Origin: Candidatus Methylomirabilota bacterium
Lineage (GTDB): Bacteria > Methylomirabilota > Methylomirabilia > Rokubacteriales > CSP1-6
Length of the DNA stretch: 64,000 nt
NCBI GenBank assembly: GCA_035762565.1
Contig: DASTOJ010000128.1
Span: forward strand, 1,451-65,450
Direction of reading: 5' to 3'
Positions 46,970 to 56,203 of this stretch are shown here, in pieces (the stretch's first letter is position 1; the number at the start of each line of letters is the position of its first letter). Under the pieces are notes generated by a model, which saw only the letters and a program-made list of their open reading frames with translations, ran no database searches and was not told where the DNA came from. The position numbers and the translations under genes are program-made.

Positions 46970-47557
46970 TCAGCCGCGGCTCCGCTCGAGCAGGAGCATC
47001 ATCAGGAAGGCGAGCACCGCGAGCGTCTGGTCAGCCGGGCCAAGCTCCTGCGGCCGCTCGATGAGGTAGCGGCTCTCGAACAGGGCCGGCTGCTTCACGG
47101 CCCGCAGGAGCGTTCCCCCGCCGGCCGCCCGCGTCAGGCGGTAGGCAGGGTGCAGGACGTAGCCGGTGAACAGGCCGAGGATGGGGATCTCGCCGAGCAG
47201 GCCATCCAGCAGCTTCACCCAGGGATTCTCCTCGCGGATCAGCAGCGCCGGTGCGCCGCCCCGATGTACCTCGTAATGCGCCCGCCAGAGCGAGCGCATG
47301 CCGTGCCGCTGGAGCACGCCGATCGGAGCGCCGCCGTCCTCGTCGATCCGGTACTGCGCGGAGATGTCGAGCACACGGTCGGCCGCGATGCGGTAGAGCG
47401 GCTGCGTCTGCTCCGCGTCCCGGAAGACCGTGACGGACTCCTTGAGCTTGAACGCCTTCTGCCTCACGTAGAAGAGCAGCGCGCCCGAGGCGTCCGTCAC
47501 CGAGATCTGGGGCGCGACGGCGACGATCTTGAACCGCAGGTCGAGCGGGAATCTCAG
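46970..47557 (-). CDS. LURP-one-related / scramblase-like (tubby C-terminal fold) family protein
   Basis: The ORF track starts at the GTG at 47500, but the family-typical N-terminus (RFPLDLRFKIVAVAPQISVTDASG) continues upstream. The only start-like codon there is CTG at 47557, 7 nt after the aroC stop. Both the family call and the start are tentative. Confidence 0.4.
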   Translation of the reverse strand: MRFPLDLRFKIVAVAPQISVTDASGALLFYVRQKAFKLKESVTVFRDAEQTQPLYRIAADRVLDISAQYRIDEDGGAPIGVLQRHGMRSLWRAHYEVHRGGAPALLIREENPWVKLLDGLLGEIPILGLFTGYVLHPAYRLTRAAGGGTLLRAVKQPALFESRYLIERPQELGPADQTLAVLAFLMMLLLERSRG

Positions 47558-47564
47558 AGGTCGC

Positions 47565-48671
47565 CTATTTCGGTTCGGCCGTCACGGCCAGGTGGCGCAG
47601 GGCATGATCCGCCAGCACCAGCGTGGTCATCGCCTCCACCATCGGCACCGCGCGCGGCAGCACGCAGGGGTCGTGGCGGCCGCGGCCGGTGATCGTGGTG
47701 TCCTCGCGCGCGACGCTGACCGTCCGCTGCTCGCGCATGATGGTGGCGGTAGGCTTGAAGGCGACGCGGAAGTAGATCGTCTCGCCGTTGGTGATGCCGC
47801 CCTGCACTCCGCCGGAGCGGTTGGTGCGCGTGCGGACGCGGCCGCCTTCCATGAAGAAGTCGTCGTTGTGCTGGGAGCCGCGCAGGTCGGTGCCGGCGAA
47901 GCCGGAGCCGATCTCGAATCCCTTGCTGGCGGGCAGGCTCATGACGGCCTTGGCGAGGTCGGCCTCGAGACGGTCGAACACGGGCTCGCCCCAGCCGGGC
48001 GGGCAGCCGCGGACGGCGCACGTGACGACGCCGCCCAGCGAGTCGCCGTCCTTGCGCGCGGCCTCCACGGCCGCGATCATCCACTCGGCCGTGGAGAGAT
48101 CCGGACAGCGGATCGGCGTCAGATCGACCTCGTCGCGCGTGACCCGCTCTGGATCGCACTCGACGGCGAGCGTGCCGACCTTCGAGACCCAGGCGACGAC
48201 CGTCACGCGGAAGCGCTCGGCCAGCAGCTTGCGGGCGATGGCGCCGGCGGCCACGCGGCCGGCCGTCTCGCGGGCGCTGGTGCGGCCACCGCCACGCCAG
48301 TCCCGCACCCCGTACTTGGCCTCGTAGGTGTAGTCGGCGTGGCTGGGGCGGTACTTCTCCATCACCTCGCGGTAGTCACCCGGGCGCATGTCCAGGTTGG
48401 GGATGTGGAGGCTGATCGGGGTGCCGAGGGTCTGTCCCTCGAAGACGCCGGAGAGGATCTTGACCGTGTCCGTCTCCTTGCGCTGGGTGGTGATGGCGCT
48501 CTGGCCGGGGACGCGGCGGTCGAGGTCGGGCTGGATGTCGGCCTCCGACAGCGCCAGGCGGGGCGGGCAGCCGTCGACGACGGCGCCGATGGCAGCGCCG
48601 TGCGACTCGCCCCACGTCGTCACGCGGAACAGGCGGCCCCAGGTGTTGCCCACGCGACGAGGATAACGCAT
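47565..48671 (-). CDS. aroC: chorismate synthase
   Basis: It has [49 protein letters not shown] and GRHDPCV motifs. Confidence 0.9.
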   Translation of the reverse strand: MRYPRRVGNTWGRLFRVTTWGESHGAAIGAVVDGCPPRLALSEADIQPDLDRRVPGQSAITTQRKETDTVKILSGVFEGQTLGTPISLHIPNLDMRPGDYREVMEKYRPSHADYTYEAKYGVRDWRGGGRTSARETAGRVAAGAIARKLLAERFRVTVVAWVSKVGTLAVECDPERVTRDEVDLTPIRCPDLSTAEWMIAAVEAARKDGDSLGGVVTCAVRGCPPGWGEPVFDRLEADLAKAVMSLPASKGFEIGSGFAGTDLRGSQHNDDFFMEGGRVRTRTNRSGGVQGGITNGETIYFRVAFKPTATIMREQRTVSVAREDTTITGRGRHDPCVLPRAVPMVEAMTTLVLADHALRHLAVTAEPK

Positions 48672-48691
48672 CCTCGGGCCCGGGAGGCCAC

Positions 48692-49079
48692 ATGAGCGAA
48701 GAGGCGCTGCGCGCGCTGGCGATGCGGGTGCGGAACTGGGGCAGGTGGGGGCCGGACGACGAGATCGGCACGCTCAACTACATCACGGCTGGCAAGGTCT
48801 TCGCGCTCGGGATCCCGCTCGACCGCAACGGGCCCCAGAGCGGCACGCGGCAGCGCTTCAACCCCATCCACACGATGGCCCGTGACGGCGGCGACCGGCC
48901 GCGGACGCCGGCCCAGGTGGCCGAGATGCAGGGCTACGGCGGCTCCGACGACTGGATCGTGATGCCGCTGCAGTGCGTGACCCAGTGGGACAGCCTGGCC
49001 CACGTCTTCTACGAGGGCCCCGCCGCTGCCGGTGGCGCGCGGGGTCGGCACGCCGATCAACCCGTATGCGCTGAAGTAG
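48692..49079 (+). pseudogene. cyclase-family (kynurenine formamidase-like) protein remnant with a large internal deletion
   Basis: The N-terminal ~109 aa match the family ([28 protein letters not shown]...QCVTQWDSLAHVFYEG). After about 49018 the family's C-terminal end (VARGVGTPINPYALK-stop, 49032-49079) appears in a different frame. About 200 aa, including the catalytic core, are absent. Confidence 0.55.
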
Positions 49080-49091
49080 GCCGGGAGTCGC

Positions 49092-49820
49092 TCAGCCGCG
49101 CCGCTGCTGGGAGCGGTCCAGGGCGATGTCGAAGGTCCCGGCGTAGCCCTGGCCGCGCTCGGCGAGGGGCAGGAGCAGCTGCCGTCCGCCGCTCCGGAAG
49201 GGGCCGTCGCTCTCGTTGCGCACGCGGCGCGGGCCGCGGCCCCCGTAGGCCGGCGTGGCGTGGACCCGGTCGGTGAGGGCGTCGTCGAAGTAGAGCTGCG
49301 AGGTGAACTCGTCACCGCGGGCGGCGGCGGGCTGCGTGCGGATCTTGAAGTGGATGTGGACGGCGCGGCCGGAGTACCCGCCGGGATAGATCGTCGTGAA
49401 CCGCGCGAGGCCGCCCTCGTCGGTCACCTGGTAGCCCCGGAGGAACTTCTGCCCTCGGGTGTCCGCGCCCCAGCCGCTCGTGTCGGAGTACGCGCCGAGC
49501 GCGTCGCAGTGCCAGACGTCCACGTGCGCGCCGGCGAGGGGCGCGCAGCCGCTGCCGGCGAGCCGGGAGACCTTGAAGGCGACCTGCAGCAGGACGCCGG
49601 GCTTCACGACGCCGCTGGCCGGATCGGACCGGATGTCCGACCGGTTGAGCCGTTCGTCGACGAAGAACGGGCCCTCGGTCTGCTGCGGCCGCACCACGCA
49701 GGACGGCACCGGCTGCCCCCAGGCGCGTCCGGTCAGCAGCGCGCCGCTCGAGAGCCCGAGCAGGGCGACGACCTCACGGCGGCTCAGCAATCGGCCCACG
49801 GGCGTGTCGTCGGTATGCAT
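49092..49820 (-). CDS. intradiol ring-cleavage dioxygenase family protein with TAT signal
   Basis: It has a TAT signal (SRREVVALLGLSSGALLTGRAWG). QTEGPFF, VDVWHCDALGAYS and GRAVHIHFK are intradiol dioxygenase core motifs (Tyr/His iron ligands). Confidence 0.75.
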   Translation of the reverse strand: MHTDDTPVGRLLSRREVVALLGLSSGALLTGRAWGQPVPSCVVRPQQTEGPFFVDERLNRSDIRSDPASGVVKPGVLLQVAFKVSRLAGSGCAPLAGAHVDVWHCDALGAYSDTSGWGADTRGQKFLRGYQVTDEGGLARFTTIYPGGYSGRAVHIHFKIRTQPAAARGDEFTSQLYFDDALTDRVHATPAYGGRGPRRVRNESDGPFRSGGRQLLLPLAERGQGYAGTFDIALDRSQQRRG

Positions 49821-49881
49821 GGCTCAATCCTGCCGCGGAGACGTCGCGCCTGCAACCGGAGCGTGGGGGTCCATCGACCGG

Positions 49882-49900
49882 CGTGATCGTGACGATCACG
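49882..49900. promoter_or_regulatory. 19-bp palindrome between hpaB-like and dioxygenase genes
   Basis: The sequence is CGTGATCG-tga-CGATCACG. It lies in the 129-nt spacer between the hpaB-like stop (49950) and the dioxygenase start (49820). Confidence 0.3.
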
Positions 49901-49949
49901 AGCATTGATTTGCCGCCGCCGTGTCCCGCGGGCGCGAGCGCGCTGAAGC

Positions 49950-51488
49950 CTACGGTCCGCTGAGAGGCTTCTTCAGGAAGAGGTTGACGTCGTTCGGGGG
50001 GACGAGGTCGGGCGCCGTCCAGCCGTCGAGGTCGTACTCGGCCATGCACTGCTCGGCGAACCCGCGGAAGCGCTGGGCGGCGCCGCTGCCGTGGGCCATC
50101 TGCCACGTGATGAGCCGGACGGTCTCGGGGGCGCCCGCGTAGTTCCGCTCGTAGAGCTCGTGGCGCCCGCCGAACTCCGTGCCCGTGGCGTCCCACAGGA
50201 GCTTCATCAGCTTGATCCGCTCCACCGCGTCTGTCCCGTCGGAGCCGCGCAGGTACCTGTCCAGGTAGGGGCGGAGGGCCGGCGAGCGGAAGTCCGCCGC
50301 GTGCGAGTTCACGTAGATGAGGCCGCTGGCCAGGATGCTCTCGGTCAGCTCCTTCACGCGCGGGTAGGCCACGGGGGCGAACACCCGGTAGGCCTGCGCG
50401 TACTCGGGGTTCGGGAGCACGGTCCCGCCGGCCCACGGCGCCGGGGTCCGGGCCATGGCGTCCGTCAGCCCCCAGAACAGGTTGCGCCAGGCGATCGCCT
50501 CGCCGACCGAGGCCTGCACGCTGCGGCTGTCGCCGGAGCCGACGGCGTCCACGGCCTTGAGCAGCAGGCCGGCGATGAAGTCGAGCTTGACGGCGAGGCG
50601 GGTGCAGCCGTGCAGCATCGCCCGCGGGAAGAAGCCGGAGTGCTGGAAGAACGTGTTCGACTTCTCGACGTCCTCGTAGACGAGCACGTTCTCCCACGGG
50701 ACCAGCGCGTGGTCGAGGACGAGGATGGCGTCGTTCTCGTCGAGGCGGCTGCTGAGCGGATAGTCGAACGGGCTGCCCATGACCTCGGCCGTCATCGTGT
50801 AGGACGGGCGGCAGATCAGCTTCACGCCCGGCGTGTCCATCGTCGCGATGAACACGGCGGCGAACTCCTTGGTCTTGATCGGCGTGGTGCTCGGATGCGC
50901 GATGAAGTTCGCATGGGTGAGCGCGGAGCCGGTGGCCACCACCTTGGCGCCGCTGATGACGAGGCCGGCGTCGGTCTCCTTCTCGACGTGGATGTAGACG
51001 TCGGCGACCTCGTCGGGCGGCCGGTGGCGGTCCACCGGCGGCTGCACCAGCGCGTGATTCAGGTAGAGCACGCGCTCCTGCGCGTTGCGGTACCAGCGCC
51101 GGGCGTTGTCCTGGTAGGGCGCGTAGAACTCGGCGTTGGCCCCCAGCGTGGCCAGGAAGGCCGCCTTGTAGTCGGGCGAGCGTCCCATCCAGCCGTACGT
51201 CAGGCGCGCCCACGCCGCGATCGCGTCGCGGGCGGCGACCAGCTCCTCGGCGCTCGCCGGCGCCCGGAAGTAGCGGTGCGTGACGCCGCCGGAGCCGGTG
51301 TCCGTGGGGCAGGTGAGGACGTCGCGCTGGGCCGGGTCGTGGAGGGCGTCGTACAGCCGCGCCAGCATGCGCGCCGGGTTGCGGAAGGCCGGGTGCGTCG
51401 TGACGTCCTTCACCCGGTCGCCGTAGATCCAGATCTCGCGGCCGTCGCGCAGGCTCTCCAGGAAGTCCTTGCCCGTGAAGGGGGCCAT
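49950..51488 (-). CDS. 4-hydroxyphenylacetate 3-monooxygenase-family (HpaB-type) flavin-dependent phenol hydroxylase, oxygenase component
   Basis: ORF 49950..52301 is trimmed to [23 protein letters not shown]. The 512 aa are collinear with HpaB/TftD/NpdA2-type two-component monooxygenases ([47 protein letters not shown]). Confidence 0.85.
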   Translation of the reverse strand: MAPFTGKDFLESLRDGREIWIYGDRVKDVTTHPAFRNPARMLARLYDALHDPAQRDVLTCPTDTGSGGVTHRYFRAPASAEELVAARDAIAAWARLTYGWMGRSPDYKAAFLATLGANAEFYAPYQDNARRWYRNAQERVLYLNHALVQPPVDRHRPPDEVADVYIHVEKETDAGLVISGAKVVATGSALTHANFIAHPSTTPIKTKEFAAVFIATMDTPGVKLICRPSYTMTAEVMGSPFDYPLSSRLDENDAILVLDHALVPWENVLVYEDVEKSNTFFQHSGFFPRAMLHGCTRLAVKLDFIAGLLLKAVDAVGSGDSRSVQASVGEAIAWRNLFWGLTDAMARTPAPWAGGTVLPNPEYAQAYRVFAPVAYPRVKELTESILASGLIYVNSHAADFRSPALRPYLDRYLRGSDGTDAVERIKLMKLLWDATGTEFGGRHELYERNYAGAPETVRLITWQMAHGSGAAQRFRGFAEQCMAEYDLDGWTAPDLVPPNDVNLFLKKPLSGP

Positions 51489-51590
51489 GGGCGGATCGTA
51501 GTGGGAGTCGCCTGGAGAGGCAACCCCTTGACATCGCGCCCCCCGGGGGTCGAGGATCGGCACCTCGTTGGAAAGGCTGGAGGGTGGGCC

Positions 51591-52049
51591 ATGATGTCGG
51601 GTCTGCATGCCCTGAGTCGGACGGTTCCGATCACCTGCCTCGCGATGGTGATCATGGCGCTCGTCTGGGCCACACCGGTTGCCGCCAACGAAGTCGTCCA
51701 GTGGAACGAGACGACGATGAAGGCGATCGCGGCGAACGGCCAGAGCCCGGTGGTAGCGACGCGCACGCTGGCGATGGTGCACACGGCCGTGCACGACGCC
51801 GGCGCCGCCGCCGTGGTCCTGGCCGGTGTCCTGGGCGGCGATCAGGCGAACTTCTCGTTCAAGAGTGGAAAGCCGTTCGAGGGTATCACCCGATCCTTCA
51901 CGAGCTTCTCGCAGGCGGCCCGGGAAAGTGCCGACTCGCGCGTCTATGCCGGCATCCACTTCCGCAGCGCGTGCGAGGACGGGCTGGCTCTCGGTCGCAA
52001 GGTGGGGCAGCGAGTGGCAAAACTCTACTTGCAGCCAGCACGGAAATAG
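51591..52049 (+). CDS. internally deleted PAP2/vanadium-haloperoxidase-like protein (in-frame mini-version, probably non-catalytic)
   Basis: GGAGGG precedes the ATG, and a signal peptide is present. The N-terminal family region ([19 protein letters not shown]...[14 protein letters not shown]) joins directly at about 51801 to the C-terminal region ([20 protein letters not shown]...[34 protein letters not shown]). The ~250-aa middle, which normally carries the KxxxxxxRP and PSGH motifs, is absent. Confidence 0.5.
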   Translation: MMSGLHALSRTVPITCLAMVIMALVWATPVAANEVVQWNETTMKAIAANGQSPVVATRTLAMVHTAVHDAGAAAVVLAGVLGGDQANFSFKSGKPFEGITRSFTSFSQAARESADSRVYAGIHFRSACEDGLALGRKVGQRVAKLYLQPARK

Positions 52050-52108
52050 CGGGCGTAGCCGACGCTTCTTCATCCCTCGTCGTTGTCTAGGCAGGATTAG
52101 GTCGGACC

Positions 52109-54397
52109 GTGCCGGTAGAGTACCCTTGGGCCATGCCGGCCTGGCGTAGATTCCGGCCCCGCCTGAACACGGCGTCCCTGACCGTCGGGGTCGTCCTTCC
52201 GGTGGCGCTGCTCTTCGTGTCCGGCACACCCATCCTCGACCTGATCGAGCTGAAGACGTACGACCTCCGCTTCCTCTCCCGCGGCCCCCGGCAGCCGTCA
52301 TCGGCCGTCGTGATGGCGGCGATCGACGAGAAGAGCCTCGACACGGAAGGGCGGTGGCCCTGGCCTCGATCCAAGATCGCCGCCCTGGTCGACGCCCTCT
52401 CCCGCGACGGGGCCCGGGTGATCGCGTTCGACATCGCCTTCTCGGAGCCGGACGAGAATTCCCAGATCACCCTCATGGATCAGCTCGCGCAGCGGGTGGA
52501 GTCGCTGGCCATCAAGGACTGGAGGCTGAGCGATTTCATCAGCGAACGGCGGCGGCACGCCGACAACGATCTGGCCCTGGCGACCGCCATCAAGAGCTCG
52601 TCGGCCGCCGTCGTCCTCGGCTACTTCTTCCACATGAGCGAGGCCGCGCTCGAGTATCGCCTGGAGCCGGACGAGATCGCCCGGCGGCTCAAGCGCCTGG
52701 CCGCGTCCAAGTACCCGCTGGTGGCCTATGCGACTGCCGACACGGGGGCGGTTCCGTTCGTCCGGGCGTACGCCCCGGAGAGCAACCTCGAGCTTTTCAG
52801 CGAAGCGGCCGCCTCGTCCGCGTACTTCAGCCTGCGGAGCGACCCCGACGGCATCCTTCGCTGGATGCCGCTCGTGATCCAGGGCGGCGAGGACCTCTTT
52901 CCGCCGCTCGCGGTCGCGTGCGCCTGGCACTACCTGGGCAAGCCGCGCCTCACGGTGAAGGTCGGGCGCCACGGCGTCGAGGGGATCCAGCTGGGCGATC
53001 GGCTCATCCCCACCGACGAGAGCGGGCAATTGCTCATCAACTACTACGGTCCCCCCAAGACCTTCGCCCAGGTCTCCGTCACCGACATTCTCAGGGGCAA
53101 GGTCGCCGCCGGCACGTTCAAGGACCGGATCGTGCTCGTGGGAGCCACGGCGCTCGGCACCTACGACTTGCGGAGCACGCCGTTCAGTCCCTTGTATCCC
53201 GGGATGGAGGTTCACGCCTCGGTCATCGAGAACGTCCTGACGGGAAGCTTCATGGCCCGGCCCGAGTGGTCGAAGGTGTTCGACCTGCTGGCCATCGTCG
53301 CGCTGGGAGGGCTGGTGGGGGCCGCGCTGCCGCGGCTGAGCCCGCTCAGGGGTCTCGGCTTCGCCGCGGGGTTGTTCGCCCTCTACGTCCTCGGCGCTCG
53401 CTGGCTGTTCGTGTACGCCCAGGTCTGGCTGAACATGGTCTACCCCCTGCTCGCGCTGCTGGCGACCTACACGGCCCTGACCGCGTACGCCTACGTCACC
53501 GAGCAGCGCCAGCGCAAGCGGGTGAAGGAGACCTTCCGGCAGTACGTGGCGCCGCTCGTGGTCGAGGAGATGCTCAAGGATCCCGGCCGCCTGAGACTGG
53601 GGGGCGAGGAAAAGGTCCTCACGGTGCTGTTCAGCGACCTCGAGGGCTTCACCGCGCACGCCGAGCGCTATGCCCCGCACGAGACGGCGCAGATGCTGGG
53701 CGAGTACTACAACCGGGTCACCGAACAGGTCTTCATCCACCAGGGCACGCTCAAGGAGTACGTGGCCGACGAGCTCATGGCCATCTTCGGCGCCCCCCTG
53801 CCGCAGGCGGACCACGCCGTGCGGGCATGCGCGACGGCGCTCGCCATGCGCGAGCAACGCCTCGTTCTCGCCGCGGAGTGGGCGACACTCGGCCGCCCGC
53901 GACTCCGGGCCCGCACGGGAGTCAATACCGGCCCGATGCTGGTGGGCAACCTCGGCTCCAAGTACCGCTTTGCGTACGGCGTCCTCGGAGACCAGGTGAA
54001 CCTCGGCTCGCGCCTGGAAGCCTTGAACAAGGCGTACGGCACGGAGATCCTGATCGGCGAAAACACCGCCCGCCTGGTGGGCGACGCGTTCCGGCTCCGC
54101 GAGATCGACACGGTCCGGGTCGTCGGCCGGGCCCAGACCGTGCGAGTCTACGAGCTGCTCGCCCCGGTGGGCCCCCTGGCCCCGGAGCAAGAGAAGGCGT
54201 TGAAGTCGTACGCCGCCGGGCTGGAAGCCTATCGCCAGCAAGTCTGGGACGATGCCCTGGCACTCTTCCGGGAGGCGTTGACGCTATGGCCCGCGGACGG
54301 GGCGGCCCGGACGATGGCCAGCCGCTGCGAGCTCTACCAGAAGACGGCTCCGCCCGAGGCGTGGGACGGCGTCTTCGAGCAGGAGTTCAAGAAGTGA
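52109..54397 (+). CDS. CHASE2 sensor domain-containing class III adenylate/guanylate cyclase
   Basis: It has an N-terminal TM helix and a periplasmic CHASE2 region ([27 protein letters not shown]). Three or four TM helices follow. The cyclase core is [39 protein letters not shown] and [11 protein letters not shown]. An alternative start is the ATG at 52133. Confidence 0.85.
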   Translation: MPVEYPWAMPAWRRFRPRLNTASLTVGVVLPVALLFVSGTPILDLIELKTYDLRFLSRGPRQPSSAVVMAAIDEKSLDTEGRWPWPRSKIAALVDALSRDGARVIAFDIAFSEPDENSQITLMDQLAQRVESLAIKDWRLSDFISERRRHADNDLALATAIKSSSAAVVLGYFFHMSEAALEYRLEPDEIARRLKRLAASKYPLVAYATADTGAVPFVRAYAPESNLELFSEAAASSAYFSLRSDPDGILRWMPLVIQGGEDLFPPLAVACAWHYLGKPRLTVKVGRHGVEGIQLGDRLIPTDESGQLLINYYGPPKTFAQVSVTDILRGKVAAGTFKDRIVLVGATALGTYDLRSTPFSPLYPGMEVHASVIENVLTGSFMARPEWSKVFDLLAIVALGGLVGAALPRLSPLRGLGFAAGLFALYVLGARWLFVYAQVWLNMVYPLLALLATYTALTAYAYVTEQRQRKRVKETFRQYVAPLVVEEMLKDPGRLRLGGEEKVLTVLFSDLEGFTAHAERYAPHETAQMLGEYYNRVTEQVFIHQGTLKEYVADELMAIFGAPLPQADHAVRACATALAMREQRLVLAAEWATLGRPRLRARTGVNTGPMLVGNLGSKYRFAYGVLGDQVNLGSRLEALNKAYGTEILIGENTARLVGDAFRLREIDTVRVVGRAQTVRVYELLAPVGPLAPEQEKALKSYAAGLEAYRQQVWDDALALFREALTLWPADGAARTMASRCELYQKTAPPEAWDGVFEQEFKK

Positions 54398-55067
54398 TGT
54401 AGAGGTCGCCCCGCTCCTCCTTGAGCCGATATCCCTTCAGCCCCACCTCAGCGTCGCCGAGGGGCGCGCCGGTGTGGAGGTCGAACTGCCACATGTGCTC
54501 CAGGCAGGTCAGGATGGACCCATCGTGGACCCCAGTCTCGAGCGGCACGGCCTCGTGAGGGCATAGGGCCTGATAGGCGGCGAACCCATCCCCGGTGTTC
54601 ACGATGAGGACGGTGACGCCGTCGACGGTGAATTCCTTCATGCCGTTGACGGGGACGTCCGCGGCTCCGCACACGCGGGTCCAGGCCGATCCCTGACCGA
54701 CGGCCTCCGGCGCGGGCGGCTGACCCGCCGTCGCGTCCGTCGTGTCGACCTCGATCTTGTTCGGACCCCGCTTCGCGGGCTGGTAGAGAAGCCGCGTCAC
54801 GGGCTGGCCGACGATGATGTGCGAGGCGAGGATCTCGTCCAGATCGGACTCCCGCACACCCGAGTACCAGACGTTCTCGGGGTAGACGACGATCATCGGG
54901 CCGTGGCCGCATTGCGAGAAGCAGCCGGACTTGTTGATGCGGATATCGCTCCGGCCCGCTTTCTGCGCGCCGGCCCGAAGGATCTTCACGTACTTCTCGG
55001 TGTCGCCCTGGGTCGGGCAGGTCTCCCCGCTGGTGCACACGAACACGTGCCGATCGTACTGGCCCAT
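54387..55067 (-). CDS. fusion of thioredoxin-like [2Fe-2S] ferredoxin and Rieske [2Fe-2S] domain
   Basis: The N-terminal half has HVFVCTSGETC and SGCFSQCGHGPMIVVYP, the Cys pattern of thioredoxin-like ferredoxins. A linker follows. The C-terminal half has CPHEAVPL and then CLEHMWQFDLHTG (Rieske CxH...CxxH). Confidence 0.75.
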   Translation of the reverse strand: MGQYDRHVFVCTSGETCPTQGDTEKYVKILRAGAQKAGRSDIRINKSGCFSQCGHGPMIVVYPENVWYSGVRESDLDEILASHIIVGQPVTRLLYQPAKRGPNKIEVDTTDATAGQPPAPEAVGQGSAWTRVCGAADVPVNGMKEFTVDGVTVLIVNTGDGFAAYQALCPHEAVPLETGVHDGSILTCLEHMWQFDLHTGAPLGDAEVGLKGYRLKEERGDLYITS

Positions 55068-55078
55068 CGTCGCTCCTC

Positions 55079-56119
55079 TCAGCTGAATTTGTCGTAACGG
55101 ATGTCGGCGAGCGGCAGCCGCGCCTCGCGCAGGAGCAGGCGCAGGCTCGCGTCGACCATCGGCGGCGGGCCGGCAACGTAGGCGCGGACGTCGGTGAAGC
55201 GGCCCTGCATGCGCTCGCCGGCCACGGCGTGAACGAAGCCCCGGGCAAAGCCGAATCCCGGGTAGGCGCCGGCCAGCGTTGCCGGAACGTCCTCGTCGGA
55301 GAGCGCCACCGTCACCGCGAGTCGCCCGGCGTGGCGCGCCCGGAACGCGTCCAGCTCATCGAGGAAGAAGGCGTCGCGCGCGGTCCGGACGCCGAAGAAC
55401 ACGTGACCGTCCCACGCCGAGAAGTGACCCTCCCGGCCCGCGAGCGACAGGATCGACATCATCCCCGCGATGCCGCTCCCTCCCGCGATGCAGAGGAGGT
55501 GCCTGGGCACGCCGGGGTGGTACGTCGCGTGCCCCAGCGGACCGAACAGGGCGAGGCGCGTGCCCTCGGCCCCCGCGGCGAAGAGCCACGTGCTCACGGC
55601 GCCTCCGGTCTTCTGCTTCACGACGAACGACAGCCGGGTGGCGGCGCGCTCGAAGTTGACCATGGAGTAGGCGCGGGCCCCGGTGATCCCCGGCACGGAC
55701 AGGAGCGCGAACTGGCCGGCTGCGAAGTCGAGCGGCGCCTCGAGGTCGAGGTCGAAGGTGGCCACGTCGTGCGTCAGGAGGCGGAGCGCCCGCACGACCC
55801 CCCCGAGACCGCGGGGCGCGGACGTGCCGGGCTCGCGCGGCTTCAGCGTGCCGCCGACGTCGAGCGTGCAATCATCCTCGGCCACGCTCTGGCAGGTGAG
55901 GAGCTCGGCGGCGCCCTTGAGATAGCGGCGACCCGGAGCCCCGGGCCACTGGCTGGCGACGCGGCCACTCACGAGCCGGACCTTGCAGGTGCCGCAGGTG
56001 CCGGTGGCACACTCGTAGGGAAGCTCGACTCCGCTGCGGAGCCCGGCGTGGAGGATCTTCTCCCCCGGGTCGCACTCGAAGTCCCGCGTCGCGGTCTTGG
56101 CGTTGACGACGACCTTCAT
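55079..56119 (-). CDS. ferredoxin-NAD(P)+ reductase-type oxygenase reductase (plant-type [2Fe-2S] plus FAD/NAD domains)
   Basis: ORF 55079..57052 is trimmed to MKVVVNAKT. It has CATGTCGTCKV...C, FAD-binding RAYSMVN and NAD-binding LLCIAGGSGIAGM. The C-terminus is typical (IRYDKFS). Confidence 0.85.
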   Translation of the reverse strand: MKVVVNAKTATRDFECDPGEKILHAGLRSGVELPYECATGTCGTCKVRLVSGRVASQWPGAPGRRYLKGAAELLTCQSVAEDDCTLDVGGTLKPREPGTSAPRGLGGVVRALRLLTHDVATFDLDLEAPLDFAAGQFALLSVPGITGARAYSMVNFERAATRLSFVVKQKTGGAVSTWLFAAGAEGTRLALFGPLGHATYHPGVPRHLLCIAGGSGIAGMMSILSLAGREGHFSAWDGHVFFGVRTARDAFFLDELDAFRARHAGRLAVTVALSDEDVPATLAGAYPGFGFARGFVHAVAGERMQGRFTDVRAYVAGPPPMVDASLRLLLREARLPLADIRYDKFS

Positions 56120-56191
56120 GGGCTGTACTGAACCATCACGCGCCCGCGTCGGCAAGCGTAAAGCGGGTGAGAGCGCCCCGCAGCGGGGGCC

Positions 56192-56197
56192 TATAAT
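56192..56197 (+). promoter_or_regulatory. perfect -10 hexamer placed for a leaderless transcript
   Basis: TATAAT lies at 56192-56197, only 6 nt upstream of the GTG start at 56204. No Shine-Dalgarno sequence can fit in between. Confidence 0.35.
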
Positions 56198-56203
56198 GCC
56201 CGC

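Noticed and set aside
49092-49820. Calling the intradiol dioxygenase a hydroxyquinol 1,2-dioxygenase that completes a chlorophenol pathway with HpaB.
   Set aside because: It is short (242 aa) and has a predicted TAT signal. It lacks the N-terminal dimerisation domain of classical catechol/hydroxyquinol dioxygenases. Only the family-level call is retained.
51489-51590. TTGACA at about 51525 read as the promoter of the PAP2-like mini-gene.
   Set aside because: The best -10 candidate at 17-18 nt spacing (GAGGAT) is poor. It was not annotated as a feature.
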